Shown: positions 24,806-38,206 of the stretch, in pieces
How the letters are laid out: every line of letters begins with the position of its first letter
How positions within the stretch are numbered: position 1 is the stretch's first letter
From: Mustelus asterias
Lineage: Eukaryota
Direction of reading: 5' to 3'
DNA: 64,000 nt
NCBI RefSeq assembly: GCF_964213995.1
Contig: NW_027590142.1
Span: 434,001 to 498,000, forward strand
The notes under the pieces: generated by a model
Database searches by the model: none
What the model was told of the DNA's origin: nothing
What the model saw: the letters and a program-made list of their open reading frames with translations, nothing else
Program-made: the position numbers and the translations under genes

Positions 24806-25429
24806 AATCGTCGTTGCGTTCTGGTTTGTTTCCTGGCTCCTCGTGTTGAAAACCCTTGTGCCAATCTGAAGGATTTATCCTTTAGGGAATGGAACAAAGG
24901 CATAAAAGTAAAACAAAATGAATGTGCAGAGGGAGTTGCGCTCCTGGATAGTGGACAAAGCAGAAAACGAATGCACACAGTCAACTGAGGACGACATTTG
25001 GAATAACAAAGATGGAACGTGGCATGATCTCGGGCATAGCAAACTCCTTCATTGGAACCCCTTCCATGCATTGACATATATCAGCCCTCGTTAACGCCTT
25101 TTGTCAAGATGCATCACCTAAAATTCCAGCTTTCACTCATTTACCAATTCTGCAAGCCTGAACCGGTCCGTTTGCAGCTGAAAGGTACAATTCTCAATCT
25201 CTGACACAATTCGAAATATTTAGAAATTTCAATCAATATGACAAGAACACGGAACATATATAGTGCAGAACAGTGATGCTAGCACTAAACTTTGGGGGAG
25301 CAACCACTGTTTATCACCAAAAATTAGGTTACATTGACATTTGTCCCTGAGGCAAATGGGGCAAAAATGAAATTGTCCAGATTACTGGTTTGAATAGAAA
25401 ATAAGACTATTTTGGGAGAGACTACAGAC

Positions 25430-25960
25430 TGCACGTTACCAAGGCACATACGTATATAAATCACAACACGTTAGCATCGCAGATACGGTACATATTTAGG
25501 AAGGCAAACAAAATGTTCTGACTATACAGAGTGTTGGTGAAATCATACCTCAACACAATTTTCGTGTCCTGATTTAAGAAGGGTTATACGTGCATGGAAG
25601 CTCTTCGGGGAAGATTCATTACGTTATTTCCAGGGAACAAATGTTTGAATTATGGCAATATGTTTAGTTAGAAGTGCCGGCATACACTTGAATATAGATG
25701 AATGAGAGACGAACATTTGGAAACATAACTTTTTCTCAGCGTGTTTCACAACGTAGATGTGGAGATTGGAGAAAGGAGAACTCGTGGCACAATTTCAAAA
25801 TAAGAGGCCTCCAACTTAGCAGAGATTAGGAGGAATATCTTCTCTCAGATTTTTTTGTGGCCTTCCAAATATCGAATGCTGAATTGGACATTTTTCTGAT
25901 CTACAACGGAGTCAAAGGATACAGGACGCAGGCAGGATGGTAGATTTAATTCTACAGTTA
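25430..25960 (+). mobile_element. Old CR1 3' remnant
   Basis: Degenerate RT C-terminus DNA (gtgttggtgaaatcatacct...gaggaatatcttctctcag). Confidence 0.55.
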
Positions 25961-26497
25961 AATTGATTGGTGGTAAAGGCAGATGAGCATATGGTTTTCA
26001 AAGAGCAATAGCATTAACAGCTGAATGAAATGAAATTCCACAGTTATTAGGAACTGTCGGCTAGTGAATATAGGTAAATTGTTATTGCAAGGAGCGAGCC
26101 TGGAATGGAAGGGCCGAAAGCTTGGATGTGCTGTAATGATTCTGTGATTGTATTCCATGTGGAAGGAGGTGGGTGAAGTAGAAAATCTCAGCAATAGTGA
26201 TCATAGTATCAGAAATTGATGTTACCAATAGAAAGATTTGTGGGACAATATAAAATAAAAACTGGCTGAGAAACCGTGTCACCGATTTGAGGAGAAATAT
26301 TGATCCAGTAAACTGCAATCTAATACCGTTAGGCACTAATGTATTGGATCAGTGGGTGTGGTTAAGAGAAAATTAATTCTGTTACAGTTGCAAACCGTTG
26401 AGCACGACATAAGTCCAGCTGGGAGAACAACAGAGTGAAAATCGAGAGGGAGAACTAAAGAAAACGATAGACAGAAAGAATAGAAAGAGAAAGAGGG

Positions 26498-26586
26498 ACA
26501 CACACACGCACAACACATAGACAGACAGACGCACACACACACACACACACACATACACATGCACACGCACACGCACACACACACAC
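26498..26586. repeat. (CA)n-rich microsatellite
   Basis: Directly visible. A (GA)n tract follows at ~26746-26773. Confidence 0.9.
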
Positions 26587-26990
26587 AATAATTCAGCTCA
26601 GCTTCTGTCAAATGCCAACCCAGAGGATGATAATACTCGGAGATAATTAATACCATTGCATATCAACGGGAGATGAGACCGAGTGCAATGCGTCTGATGG
26701 AGGTGATATAAACGGGAATGTGAGAAAAGAAAACTGAGAATGAGGGAGCGAGCGAGCGAGAGAGAGAGAGAGAATGACAAACCTAGCAGTCAGGCATGCG
26801 GGAACCACATAAAGAGATTTGCGAAAAGAATCTGAGCAGGTGGAGAAAGCCCAACCGACGAGATAGTGAACCAGATACAGACAAATTTAACTGTTGAATG
26901 TAGTTAATAGAATGTACATCACATTGCTGCGGCAGTTGCAAAATATCACAACTTGTGTGGAGTCAAAACGTCGTATTAGAAAGAAGGAGC

Positions 26991-27334
26991 ATTTTTTGTA
27001 CGGGTCTCTACTGACCTGGTAACGCTGTGTGTCCCAGTACACGGTAACACACCGCACTGTCAGAGAACTGCGCATAGTGAATGGTTAAAGGAACAGTTCT
27101 TGCTGTGTTATCTAAAGTAGCATAAAGCAGCCGCTTCCCAAAGGCAGTCACAATTTTTCCAGAGCTCGTTTTTTCCAATAGATATTGAGGGTGTTTCTCT
27201 GGGTGCTGAATATACCAGAAGAAAGCAGGAGAAGTATGTGATGTCGAATAATTGCAGTTTAGCTTCACAATGTCTCCATAACTCACTCTGATACTCGGTG
27301 GATCCTGAAACACTGCCTCCATTTCCTCACTGGC
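26991..27334 (-). pseudogene. TCR V pseudogene with 23-RSS (cacagcg, 23 bp, acaaaaaat at 26991-27029)
   Basis: Reads AVFQDP...LNCNYS...FWYIQ...FSDSAVCYRVLG, so YYC is mutated to CYR. The acceptor phase gives a stop. No leader found. Confidence 0.85.
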
Positions 27335-28539
27335 CTGAATAAGAAGGATGAATACCGATGTCAAACAGAGAAAATGCTGCATGATATCAGAATACAGAAC
27401 ACAGCAGCAACACAGCTTCGGACCCTTAGTAATAGGTTTACAAAGCCTGCATCACCCACCCTCCACCTCAATAGTGGAACTAAATGAGCCAAAACCTGAA
27501 ATGTGAACTTGAATGTATATCTGTGCGACCGATGAGCGGAAATGGCAACTTAGATGACAGAATGACAGGTTTTCTGACAGATGTCACTTTCCATCAGCCC
27601 TCCAATCTACATCACTAAAATCGATGACCTGATTATCACTTTGTTCTTTGTGGAGTTTGAAGCGCGCCCATTAACTGCCACTTCTCCTATATTAAGGCAG
27701 TGATGAAAATTCGAAGACTTCTTTGGGTGTAAAGCTCTTTGTGAAGTCCTGATGTCATGAACGGCGGTATATAAATGGAAGTCTTTCTTGATTGCCTTTG
27801 AGAGACAGCGTGCGAATCAGAATCAGAAGATGCGATGGAAACGTTTACACTGAGTGCATTTTAACCGTTACATCAAACTCAATATCAGGAGTTTCTTTCT
27901 CAGTATCTTTCGGAATCTGTACATCTTCGTGTCACTCTATAGCTCTTCACCTCGACAACCCTATCTCTGAACTTATTGTGTCCCTCACCATGTCTCTGTA
28001 CCGGGAAGGCAGATAGTGGAAGAAATATGCAGACAAGTTATGCAATAATAGTAATGGAGATTTATATTGTCTCGTATTAATTCCATGCAAGAAGTCGGTA
28101 AAGGAGGTAAACGAATAGCTTCCTACGATTGGTTTCAGATGCTTATATAATCCGAAATGCTGGGCAAAACACCAACGAGGGAAGATTTACTATTGTATCT
28201 TGTAGTCAGGAAGAAAGCAGATCAGATCAGAGAAATAACTGGAGGGGAACGTTCAGCAATACAGATCATACTTCCTCATTAAGAGGTCCGAGATGACTAA
28301 GTGTTTGACGGAAAACAACTAACCACTTGATTCAGTGACAGGTATCCTGAACGGTACACAGTGAACCAGAATGTTTGAGTGATTCAGGTAGATGACTGAA
28401 AATTCAATAAAGAAACTCTCATGTATGTTTGAGCTACATTGCTGGAAGTAAGCTTACCAGCGCTGCTCCAATTACGTTTGCATAAGGAATATGGAGGTTA
28501 GGGAATGCAGTTGATGAAGAGATCAACAATTGTCTTAGA

Positions 28540-28855
28540 ATCCATACATTGCAAAAGGAGGCCATCAGATCCTTCGAGTCTGCAGTGACTCTCCGACAGA
28601 ATATATTTTCCCGGTCCTCTCCCCTGCTCCATCACCGTAACCCCACAGATTTATCGTGGCTATTAATTCCAACCCACAAATTTTTGACAAGTTGGCATGC
28701 TAAATGCATCTAACCTGCACATCATTGAACTGTCGGAGGAAAAGGGGCACCCCACACAGACACTGGGAGCATCTGCAAACTCCACGCAGCCTGCAACTGA
28801 ACCCGGATTCCTGGAATTATGAGGCAGCAGTGCTAACCACTGTGACACCACTGTA
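28540..28855 (-). mobile_element. HE1-like tRNA-derived SINE
   Basis: gaggcagcagtgctaaccactgtg head plus the shared core seen in 34234-34570. Confidence 0.7.
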
Positions 28856-29781
28856 CCACTTAATGACAGCCAAGCACGCACGATGGGGTGAATGGCCCAT
28901 CGCACGATCTGCAAATGTTATGGATTTACAGGATTCCCTTGGTGGTTTACACACTTCGCTGTGCGGATGTGAGCAGTGAGGATAAGATGGTGCTGCTCCA
29001 TTGGATGACTGTCGATAAAACGCGAAATGCAGCCATGATCTGCTCCGCTACTTTTGCTTTCACCGTCTTTGCCCGGGTGCAGACAGCAGCGGAATGAATC
29101 GCTTCAGTAATTGCTGATGGCGAGTAGTGGGGCTGATCAACAAGGAAGGATGACTGCTTAAATCCGGTGAACATTATCCATTTCCAACCAATCCAAGAGC
29201 AGAGAACACACGTGACTTTAAATGTATGTCGCTAACTTTAGCTTTCTACTTCTTATTTACACCGCCAGTCTCATGGTCTCTACTAATGACGGATTCATTA
29301 AATGAGACAAATAGAAAGGGCACATTGATTGTCAGGTAGCAATGTGAAAACTCCGCAACGACGGTAAGTCACGCCACCTGCTGGTGGTTTCGGGTAGCTT
29401 TGTTTGTCGAGTTTGTCAAACTCTGTTGTCACCCTTTGAATTATTTGAATTAATTTCCAGTCATTTGATAGCGATAAGGAGGTTTACAAAAAATGAGAGG
29501 TTGGTATAACAGAGAGACGGAAGCAATGAGACAGAGTTATGAGGAAAGTCGTATAAGACACAGAAGGAACCAGAAAATGCGATTCTTCACAGCTCTCATT
29601 TATTGGCGGGGAATATCCATCAGTTCCGGCAGAGTAGCCAATCCTGTCTCTGGGAAATGCCCCTCAGTTCCTCAAAAAATAAAACCAGATTATAACAGGG
29701 GCTACCCTTTACACTGGATTGGAATTATCGGCAGAATTAGAGCATTTTGTTACTTCGTATCGAGATGTATACAGGGAAACC

Positions 29782-30235
29782 ATGTGTTCTCCATGCTCCT
29801 TACTGATTATAATGATCTTGCTGCCCGGCGGGTCCATTATTAAATGGTAACCATGTCATCCAGTGGTTATTTTTAAACCCTGACTTTTGAGCTAATCTGT
29901 ATTTGTGTGACATGAATGAGTGGCAAAACTTCAGTGTACCAGGCTCATTTCGAATTGACAATTGGGGAAGGACAGTGTGGACTGGACTGCCGTTACTTGA
30001 TAATCTACACAACCCCCACTCTCCTCTGGTACATGCAGTCTTCCGGGGAAGCTCCGCGATATTTGCTGAAGAAATGTAGCTTAGGGGGTGAAGAAAGGTC
30101 CCCAAACCGAGGTTCTCTGCAGATTTGCTGAAGGGAAACAAAACAGTTCCTTTATATCTTCTGTCGAATAGTGCCGTGTATTTCCGTGCGATGGAGACAC
30201 ATAGATACATGGAGCGGATCCAGTAGACGAAACTC
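29782..30235 (+). pseudogene. TCR V pseudogene (leader 29782-29827) with degenerate RSS at 30198-30235
   Basis: Leader MCSPCSLLIIMILLP g|gc. V reads SVYQ...LDC...LWYMQSSGEAPRYLL, then a frameshift, then RFSADL...SAVYFRAME. RSS is cacatag-22-acgaaactc. Confidence 0.75.
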
Positions 30236-31388
30236 CCCAGAATTGGAGTTCCAGTTGGTGGCCAGAGGATGGCGCTGTCACACCAATAAATAGGGACAAG
30301 AATTAAACTCAGTGAGAGTCACAGGAATCTTCCGAAAAGAACAAAATATAATCCCCCATAAGAAGAGGTGAAGGACACGTTCGGAATTGTATTAGTTGGT
30401 TTTAACTCGCGTTCATAATTAAACTCGCCTTTATAAATCTATTTGATCTATTTCGTTCACTTAGTGTTTTGAAGCTGTTTCCGTGCCTCTCTGTAACATT
30501 AAACAACTCTTCCTCATCTCCCCTTATAGATTTCTGGAGCCTTTGGCCCAAGACCAGTTCTCTGGTTTTTTTGATCAGACTGTGCTGTTGCGTAAGAAAC
30601 AGTTTATGAAAAATGAACAGATTTCAGAACTCATTGACTTTGATCATTCAATTGAATTTCACAATGTTTCCCAAACAGTATTCAAATATTCATCTGATTT
30701 ACAGAATCAAGGAGCAGCGACAAACAGTTGAACAAGCCAGATATGATAAGAAGTTTAATGCTACCCTGGTATCAGGTGAAGACAGTCAGGGAGATGTGGA
30801 AATTGGCTGCTCGGATTTGTTTGAGAAATCAAAGTCACAACATTATGAAATGTGTTCAGGGTGTGCAAGCTGTCTGGAATGTAGCAATAGTGATCAAATA
30901 AACGCTATGAACAGCTCACCCTCAAAGGCCCAGAAACTGAAAAGGGAGATGGAGCGAGTGGTGTTCAATATGGTAAGCAGGCATGGAAAAATAAGGAAAG
31001 GACAAATAGGGACTTCGGGATCAGAGGACGTCACACAAACATGGAGAACTGTCCGTCTGCTGTGTGTGTGGCGCTTCACGGCCAGGTTTGACGGATGTTT
31101 GGGATTTTATCACCCAGGGCTGATTTTAGAGGAAAACAGAGTTGATTAGCAGCAGAAGGGACGATTTAATTGACACATTCATTATGTGATGGACTTGTCG
31201 GCCTAAAACGGTTCTACAGTTTGTTTTCTCGGCCTCTCCTGGAAACAGTTCGGTGACAGTTGATCCGAGGTGAATATGGTTTCCTGTCGGTTTGTGTTTG
31301 AGCGGCTGACAGCGCCGCTGCTCATTGTGGCTGCATCTGCCAGAAGTTCTATACAGCAGCGAGGAGCTCTGACTTATCCTGCTGAGAC

Positions 31389-31427
31389 AGTTTTTGTACA
31401 GGAGTCAGGCTGCTTTCCATCACTGTG
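31389..31427 (-). other. 23-RSS (cacagtg, 23 bp, acaaaaact)
   Basis: Near-consensus; abuts CAFRL. Confidence 0.92.
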
Positions 31428-31886
31428 AGTCTGAAAGCGCAGTAATACACGGCCGCGTCAGACAACTGCAGATCCGAGATAGTCAAACTGATGGATTTCT
31501 TCGGGGTTTGGAGGTCAGTCGAGAAACGGATTTTAGCAAAATCTGCTTTATCTTCATTACCCCTAGAGTACTTCCACAGTATGTACTCGGGCTGGGAGTC
31601 TGGATGCTGTCGGTACCAGTATAAATAATAGTAGGTTTCTGCAGTATCATAGTTGCAGTTTAATGTCACCGCGTCTCCTTCTGTCTTAACATCTGAGGAC
31701 AGCGACTGAGTGACAGAATCTCCATGGCTCAGACCTGGAAAATATGTTCAAATAGATAAAGAATAGAGTGACGTGTACTCAACAGTAAGATTCAACCCAA
31801 GTTTTGGAAATGAGAAAACAAACGTGATGTCCAGATATACCTGTTAGAAATGCCCCCCACACAATCCAGATGCCGAGTACCCGCAT
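31428..31886 (-). CDS. TCR alpha/delta V segment, apparently functional (leader 31886-31841, V exon 31734-31428)
   Basis: Leader MRVLGIWIVWGAFLT g|gtatat; acceptor ttccag|gt. V reads GLSHGDSVTQ...LNCNY...WYRQ...DAAVYYCAFR. Confidence 0.93.
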
Positions 31887-33459
31887 TGTCTCTGTCCGCT
31901 CTGTAAAGGAGGAATCGGATATTTGAAGACACCCATTCTAATCCCCACCCTTATTAATCTGATGACGAGTCTCAGAATGCTCACGCGTCAGTTCCGTGTC
32001 TCGCCAGTGGCTCCGTGAGATTGATAATTGCTCAGATGACTGTTAGTGAATGGAAGCTCTCCAACTTGTCCTCCATTCGGTGTCCCTGTTGGGCGAATTG
32101 TTCCGCTTTGGAAACGGGATGTCAAGAAAAAAAAACTTCATTTTGTTATTGGAACGGAGGAGCAAGGAGTGTTGATTGATTTGGTGGATTTCCAATCAAT
32201 GTTCTGTGCACATTCTCTTAGCTTTCGCATCCGAGCATTAGTGCCTGAGACTCCAGTGAGAGTCCAGAGAACGGTGGAGGCTGAGGGCCACAGAATAATT
32301 TTAAAGCTGAGTGAAACCAACATTTTAACTAAAATTTATGCCACGGTTCAAGAAGATCAAGGCAGCAAAGTGGATTTAAACAGAAGATCAGATGAACTGT
32401 AATCTGACTGAATGGTAGAGCAGATTTGCAGGCAGCCTAATTTTTGTGTTCGAATGTTCAGATATCAGCGGATGGGCTGTGAGATACTTTGCAATCTTCG
32501 TTGTTTTACTAAAGGAACAGGGAAGTCGATCAGTGAGCTCTAGTTGCCTGTTTATTGTTCCTGAGATAATGTAAAAAGTGTACTGTGGATGTTGTACTGA
32601 AACTTGACCGTGCCTGAAATCAGCAGGATTAGGATATCAAATGGTTATAGTGCAGCTAATTATGACATTGCCTTTTCTTCAAAGGTCCACTCAGGGACAA
32701 CAAGATGCACTTGGTAGTTGTGGCCCCATCTCATATAATATACTGGGAAGTGTCAACTTCAAGAACTTCCGCTTTTTTAACTTAATCATTGTCAACATGG
32801 GGTCACTGGAAAAGTAATTCACGGACCCAGAATGATGCTCTGGGAAAAGTAGTTCAATCCCATCATATCAACTGGTTACATTTAAATTCGATTTACGAGA
32901 AAAGTAGTCAAAATTCTACCCCAGCAGCTGGTTAAATTTAAATGTGATTAATTGATATTGAAAGCTACTCGCAATGATCGTTCCGAACGCTATCACTGCA
33001 AATCCACCTGGTTCACTAATGCACTTTGTGGAAGGAAATCTGCCTTCCTAGCCTAGCCTGATCTGTGTGTGACTACAGAACAACTGTAGTCACATAACTA
33101 ACTCTCAAATAGCCCAGCCCGTTTCGAGGACAATTAGTGATCGACAAAATCTTGGACTTGTGACCGACACCCAATAAATATTTTTCTTTAAAAAGAGTAG
33201 TCATCATTTGATTAATAGTAATACCTAAATTACAGCAGTCAGGAGAACAGCATATTCTTTACTTTTAATTGGGAAGGAAACGCTAAGTGAAAAAGTGACA
33301 TATTGACGAGCAGAGGTCCTTCTCCCGAATCAGTAACGTTGCAGCTCAGGAAATATTCTCCTGGAGTGGAAACACAGATTCACGCCCCCACAACGCTCAT
33401 AGATCCACCCGCATTTCTGATACAACCAGTGCCAAACAAGTAAATCAACAGAAATCTCT

Positions 33460-33752
33460 TCATAGAATCCCTACAGTGCCGAAGGAGGCCATTCAGCCCA
33501 TTAAGCTTGCACTGACAACAGTCACACCAAGGCCCTATCCCCGTAACCCCACGTGTTAATCTCCTAATCCCCCTAACACTAAGGGACATGACTATTCCAC
33601 CTAACCTGCACATTTTTGGACTGTGGGAGGAAACGCACGCAGAGACGGGGGAAGGTGAAAACCCCAAACAGACAGTTACCCAAGGCCGGAATTGAACCTG
33701 GGCCCCCTTTGCTATGAGGCAGGAGTGCCAGCCATTGTGCCACCGTGTCGCC
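33460..33752 (-). mobile_element. HE1-like SINE
   Basis: Same head, core and tail as the other copies. Confidence 0.75.
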
Positions 33753-34233
33753 CATTTACTAATACAGGATACATGAGGTGAGAGCAGAAAAATGGGACTG
33801 CGTGGTTACTGCCAATAGCAGCGATATGCGAATGGTGCCAGAGGTTTTGCCGCCATCATTTCAAGTTGGGAGAAATATGTGACGACTGCGCCCTCTGGCG
33901 GTGACTCAGGTTAAGTGACGCTGTCCGCAAGTGCAAGGTTGTCGATGGGCCGTCTCCAGCGGGCTTTTACTGAGGGACGTGTTTTCAAACAATGCAACTA
34001 TATAAATAGACGTGAGTGAAATATGAGTAACTTGAAAGCACAATGCATTCAGGGTCATTTCTGAATCTCTTCCTTTCTGTCTTTCTCACAGCTTTTGGCT
34101 TTGTATTTCGCACTCGTAATGTCTCACTTTCCTTCAATTCTCCTTTCATACTTTTCTGATTTGTTGTCCTCTGCCCGTAATCTTAAACCGAAAACCAATT
34201 CCAGGATTTTGACGCAAGGGAGCGGCGTTACGT

Positions 34234-34570
34234 AGAGCACAGTGGTTAGCACTGCTGCTTCACAGCTCCAGGGACCTGGGTTCGATTCCCAGCTTGGGTC
34301 ACTGTCTGTGTGGAGTTTGCACATTCTCCTCGTGTCTGCGTGGGTTTCCTCCGGGTGCTCCGGTTTCCTCCCACAGTCCAAAGATGTGCGGGTTAGGTTG
34401 ATTGGCTATGCTAACTTTGCCCCTTAGTGTCCTGAGATGCGTAGGTTAGAGGGATTAGCGGGTAAAATTAGCAGGGAAATGGGGTTGGGCTTTGGTGCGA
34501 TTGTGGTCGGTGCAGACTCGATGGGCCAACTGTTCTCTTTCTGCACTGTAGTGTTTCGATGATTCTATGA
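34234..34570 (+). mobile_element. HE1-like tRNA-derived SINE
   Basis: A box agtggttagc, B box gggttcgattcc, conserved core, and a CR1-like 3' tail. Confidence 0.85.
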
Positions 34571-35234
34571 TATGGTTCAAAATGAGGATGGTGTGCGGCT
34601 TGAAGGGGTGTTCTCATGCAGCTGTTCCTCTTATCCTTCTAGATGGAAGAGATTCCGGGTTCGCAAGGTGCTGTCGAAGCAGGCTTGACGGATTAATATA
34701 ATCACAATGTAAAGTATATGCATTAACTTCTAGTGTAGGATTGTGGTTTTGTTGGTTAACAGATAAGGAACTGTGGACGCCGTTATTTTTAAGCAGATTT
34801 GTTTATTGATGAGAAACGTTGTGCAAACATTGCTGCCCAGTCTGCCCAGAGACATTGGAATGCAATGAATTATAGAGTCCACTCTCTAGGCCTCTTGTGC
34901 CATCCACCTCCTGCTCTTCCAGTTACCATGCCCTAAGAGGGCATTGGTGACCATGAATGTCCTTATCATTCTGTGACTGTTTATTTCAAATTATTCCAGC
35001 GGATTGCCATTGACCTCTGCAGTATTGTTGACCAGGCATCTGTTCCGTTCCCATCACCTGCCATCAGGAATACTGAAAGGGTTTACACGGCACACAACCC
35101 CAGAATAGAGGGACGACACTATAGAACCGATTTGACTTTAATGTCTCTTTCCCGGGTGACTGTTTGCGTGCCAGGCAACCATCTTATGTGTACCCATCTG
35201 TATATGGGTACACATAAGATGGGACTTAATAGAC

Positions 35235-35830
35235 ATTAAACCCCCACCCCATCAACATCCTGGGAGTTGACAGAAAACTGGACCCAGGAATATAAATACA
35301 GTGGCTACCAGAGCTGATCAAAGGTTAGGAATCCTGCGGCGAGTAACTCACCTCCTGACTCCCCAAAGCCTGTCCACCATCTACAAGGTACAAGTCAGGA
35401 GTGAGATGGAATACCCTCTACTTGCTTGGATGAGTGTAGCTGCAACCACACTCAAGAGGCTCGACAGAATGCAGGACAAATCAGCCGGCTTGATTGCTAC
35501 CCATTGCATGAACATTCATTCCTGCCACCACAGACGAACAGTGACAGCCGTGTGCACCATCTGCAGGATACACTGCAGCAACTCACCAAGGTTTTTTTAG
35601 GCAGCACAATCCAAACACACGAACACTGCCATCTAGGAGAAGAAGGGCAGCGGGGCACATGGGAACACCACAACCTCGAGGTTCCCTTCCAAGTTATTCT
35701 ACATCCCTACATGGAAATATATCGTTGTTCCTTCACGGTCACTGTGCCAAATCACTGGAACTCCCTCACTAACAGCACAGTGTGTGTACCTGCACATCAG
35801 GGACCATAAGAAGGCAGTTCACCACCACAC
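35235..35830 (+). mobile_element. Non-LTR retrotransposon RT C-terminal fragment (L2/CR1 group)
   Basis: QRLGILRRVTHLLTPQSLSTIYKVQVRSEMEY...LDRMQDK...WNSL. Confidence 0.75.
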
Positions 35831-36296
35831 AATACACCAATGTCAGCTGTGGGAATAGACTATCTTCGTGCTGCGAGGTGAGTCTCTGTGAGTCCCGGAT
35901 TTATAATAATAGTCGTGTTGCTAAGTGAGTCTGTGTGGAGGTTATTGTGCATTTCATTTGTTATGAACTTCAGCAGACTTTGATCCATTCTGCATTGAGT
36001 TATCGGACGAATGCCGAGGAGTCGGTGTCCGTGGGCTCATCTGAGTTAACAATTCTGGATGAACAGCCGGTAATTTTCTGCTATATTACCCCCACTTCTG
36101 AGCGCATCCTTCAGCTGATAGCTCGATACTCCTGGTATCTGCTTACTATATAAGTCGCGGCATGGGGTTTAGTCTCGAGATTTACCAAAGTGCTTCTATG
36201 ATGATTTGAACAAGGTCAAATTGTCTGGTAAATAGAATCGCCGCCTTCGTGAACACGTGATCAAAACATCTTCATGGAGTTGTAAATACGCGCTGA

Positions 36297-36335
36297 GGTT
36301 TTTGTACGGGGTTTCAGCTGTAATCTAACGCTGTG
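36297..36335 (-). other. 23-RSS (cacagcg, 23 bp, acaaaaacc)
   Basis: Consensus nonamer; abuts CAVR. Confidence 0.9.
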
Positions 36336-36823
36336 CCTCACTGCACAGTAATAGACCGCTCCGTCCTCCGAACTGAGGGCGCTTATATTGAGGGAGCCGC
36401 TCTGTGTGGACTTGTCAGTAGCCGCCAGATATCGTCCTGAAACTTCATTTTCCTCCACTACTAATGCATTGGTAATAACCCATCTCGGTGGCTGTGCCGG
36501 TTTCTGCTGATACCATTGCATGTAGCTCATATCCTTGTCTGTATAGTTACAATCCAACTGCACCGAATCCCCTTCTGATGCTGTTATTGTCACCGGTGAC
36601 TGAGTTACTGGATCTGCGCACAGTCCACCTGTAAAGGTAGAGGAATTAAATATCAAGAGTTCATGTAAATTTATAGTTTGTGGAACCTCCCATCTACACC
36701 TCACATGGATATTTTTGATGGTTAATTAAATTGGCATCTTTGTGTATAAATATGTTTCCGTGGTTTGATGAACGTTATCCGGTACTTACTGTGCAAGAGC
36801 GCCGCCAGAATGATCAGAAACAT
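36336..36823 (-). CDS. TCR alpha-like V segment, apparently functional (leader 36823-36790, V exon 36628-36336)
   Basis: Leader MFLIILAALLH a|gtaagt; acceptor ttacag|gt. V reads SGLCADPVTQSP...LDCNY...QWYQQ...EDGAVYYCAVR. Confidence 0.92.
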
Positions 36824-37329
36824 GTCCGAGTGAATTTATTTCAGTGAATGAGAATGGAGGAGTCAGAGAGTGAGGAAGAGAGCGGGAACCCAGACTCTGC
36901 TCCGTTGATTGCAGTGTGAGTGAGTGTGAGTCAGTTTGTCTGTGTGGGTGTGATTGTGGGGAGGGGAAGTGGAGTCTATTGTGACCTCAGCAGCCTACCA
37001 TCCATACAGGCGCCAGTGATAATGTCACGTGAGATTGTTGCACCGCCCCTCCCCCCCCCCCCCCCCCCAGCATCCCTCCCCACTCCAAAACCGGGCTCGA
37101 GATTGGCGCCCTCTGCTGACAAATGTTGTTTAATGCAAGTTCGCATTTGGCTGTTGAGTCGATTCAGGGTTTACTCCAACACATACCAAGGCGCAAATGC
37201 TGCCCAGGAATCCGAATTGGTGCTCTGTAGAAAGTCCTTGTTACGTTTCCTACTTACATCGTAGAATGATGCTAAACCTGCGGGCATCATTCCTGGAATT
37301 CTCTGTTCAAATCCCGGGTACACCGAAGT

Positions 37330-37690
37330 CCAGAGCATACCAAGACTTTGGGAAAAGTGCGGTGCTGGGGGAGATATATCCGTGTAAGTCAGAGAGACGA
37401 GGATCCAAGGGCACAGCCTCAGAGTAAAGGGACGATCCTTTAAAGTAGAGATGAGGAGGAATTTCTTCAGCCAGTGGGTGGTGAATCGATGGAATTCATT
37501 GCCACAGAAGGATGTGGAGGTCAGGTCATTGAGTAGATATGTTTTTGATTTGTAAGGGGATCAAAGTTTCCGGGAAAAGGCGGGAGAATGGGGATGAGAA
37601 ACTTAGCAGCCACAATTGAATGGCGGAGCAGACTTGATGGGTCGAATGGTCTAATGCTACTCCTATATCTTATCGTCTTAAAGGCTTATG
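37330..37690 (+). mobile_element. CR1 3' fragment
   Basis: gggcacagcctcagagtaaaggg...gatgaggaggaatttcttcagccag followed by a tail. Confidence 0.75.
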
Positions 37691-37864
37691 GTTATAAATC
37701 AGAATAGTGCCAGGGATCAACAGACTAATTTGGTTTATTTTGCTTACAAACAAGAAGGTACAAAGGCGACTCAGTTGATATGTTTAGAATTTTCCTCTTT
37801 TCAGAGAGTAAAATTTAACATTATAAATTTAATATATGCCGCGATTTATATAATTGTATAATTT

Positions 37865-37945
37865 AATATTGGAAAGTCACCGCTTCTCCTTCTGTCTTTA
37901 CTGCTGAGGACAGTGGCTGAGTGACAGAATCTCAGTGACCCATAT
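37865..37945 (-). pseudogene. Truncated V relic (FR1 only), paralogue of the V at 31734
   Basis: ttccag|at MGH*DSVTQPLSSAVKTEGEAVT, compared with DSVTQSLSSDVKTEGDAVT. Confidence 0.75.
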
Positions 37946-38020
37946 CTGGAAAAAGGTTGTCTTTGGAGGAGGTGGACTCATAAGAAAATATTCACGTTCA
38001 TTCAGTTTGGCACTCGACAT

Positions 38021-38093
38021 TCTTTGTGTAGTGTAGCGGGTAACATCTGTATTTTATACACGACAGCGCCCAGTTCCAAACAGTCGAGTTAGC
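38021..38093 (+). pseudogene. Degenerate tRNA-Val-like relic
   Basis: gtagtgtagcgg.taacatctg...tacacg...cccagttccaaac resembles vertebrate tRNA-Val. Confidence 0.35.
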
Positions 38094-38206
38094 AAAATAC
38101 TAACGTGCTGCGTTTGTTCAACAATTTCAGGCTTTTACCAAGGATTTCTGAGCTGCTTTGGATACAAGCAAACCAGTTATATTTCGGTGAAAGCGCCGGT
38201 TGCGTA

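Noticed and set aside
30613-31149. 178-aa ORF
   Set aside because: No recognisable domain or splice context; lies between V genes and is probably fortuitous.
37305-37317. gttcaaatcccgg matching the tRNA-Pro T-arm
   Set aside because: Only 13 nt, and it lies upstream of the 5' half, so it cannot complete that tRNA.
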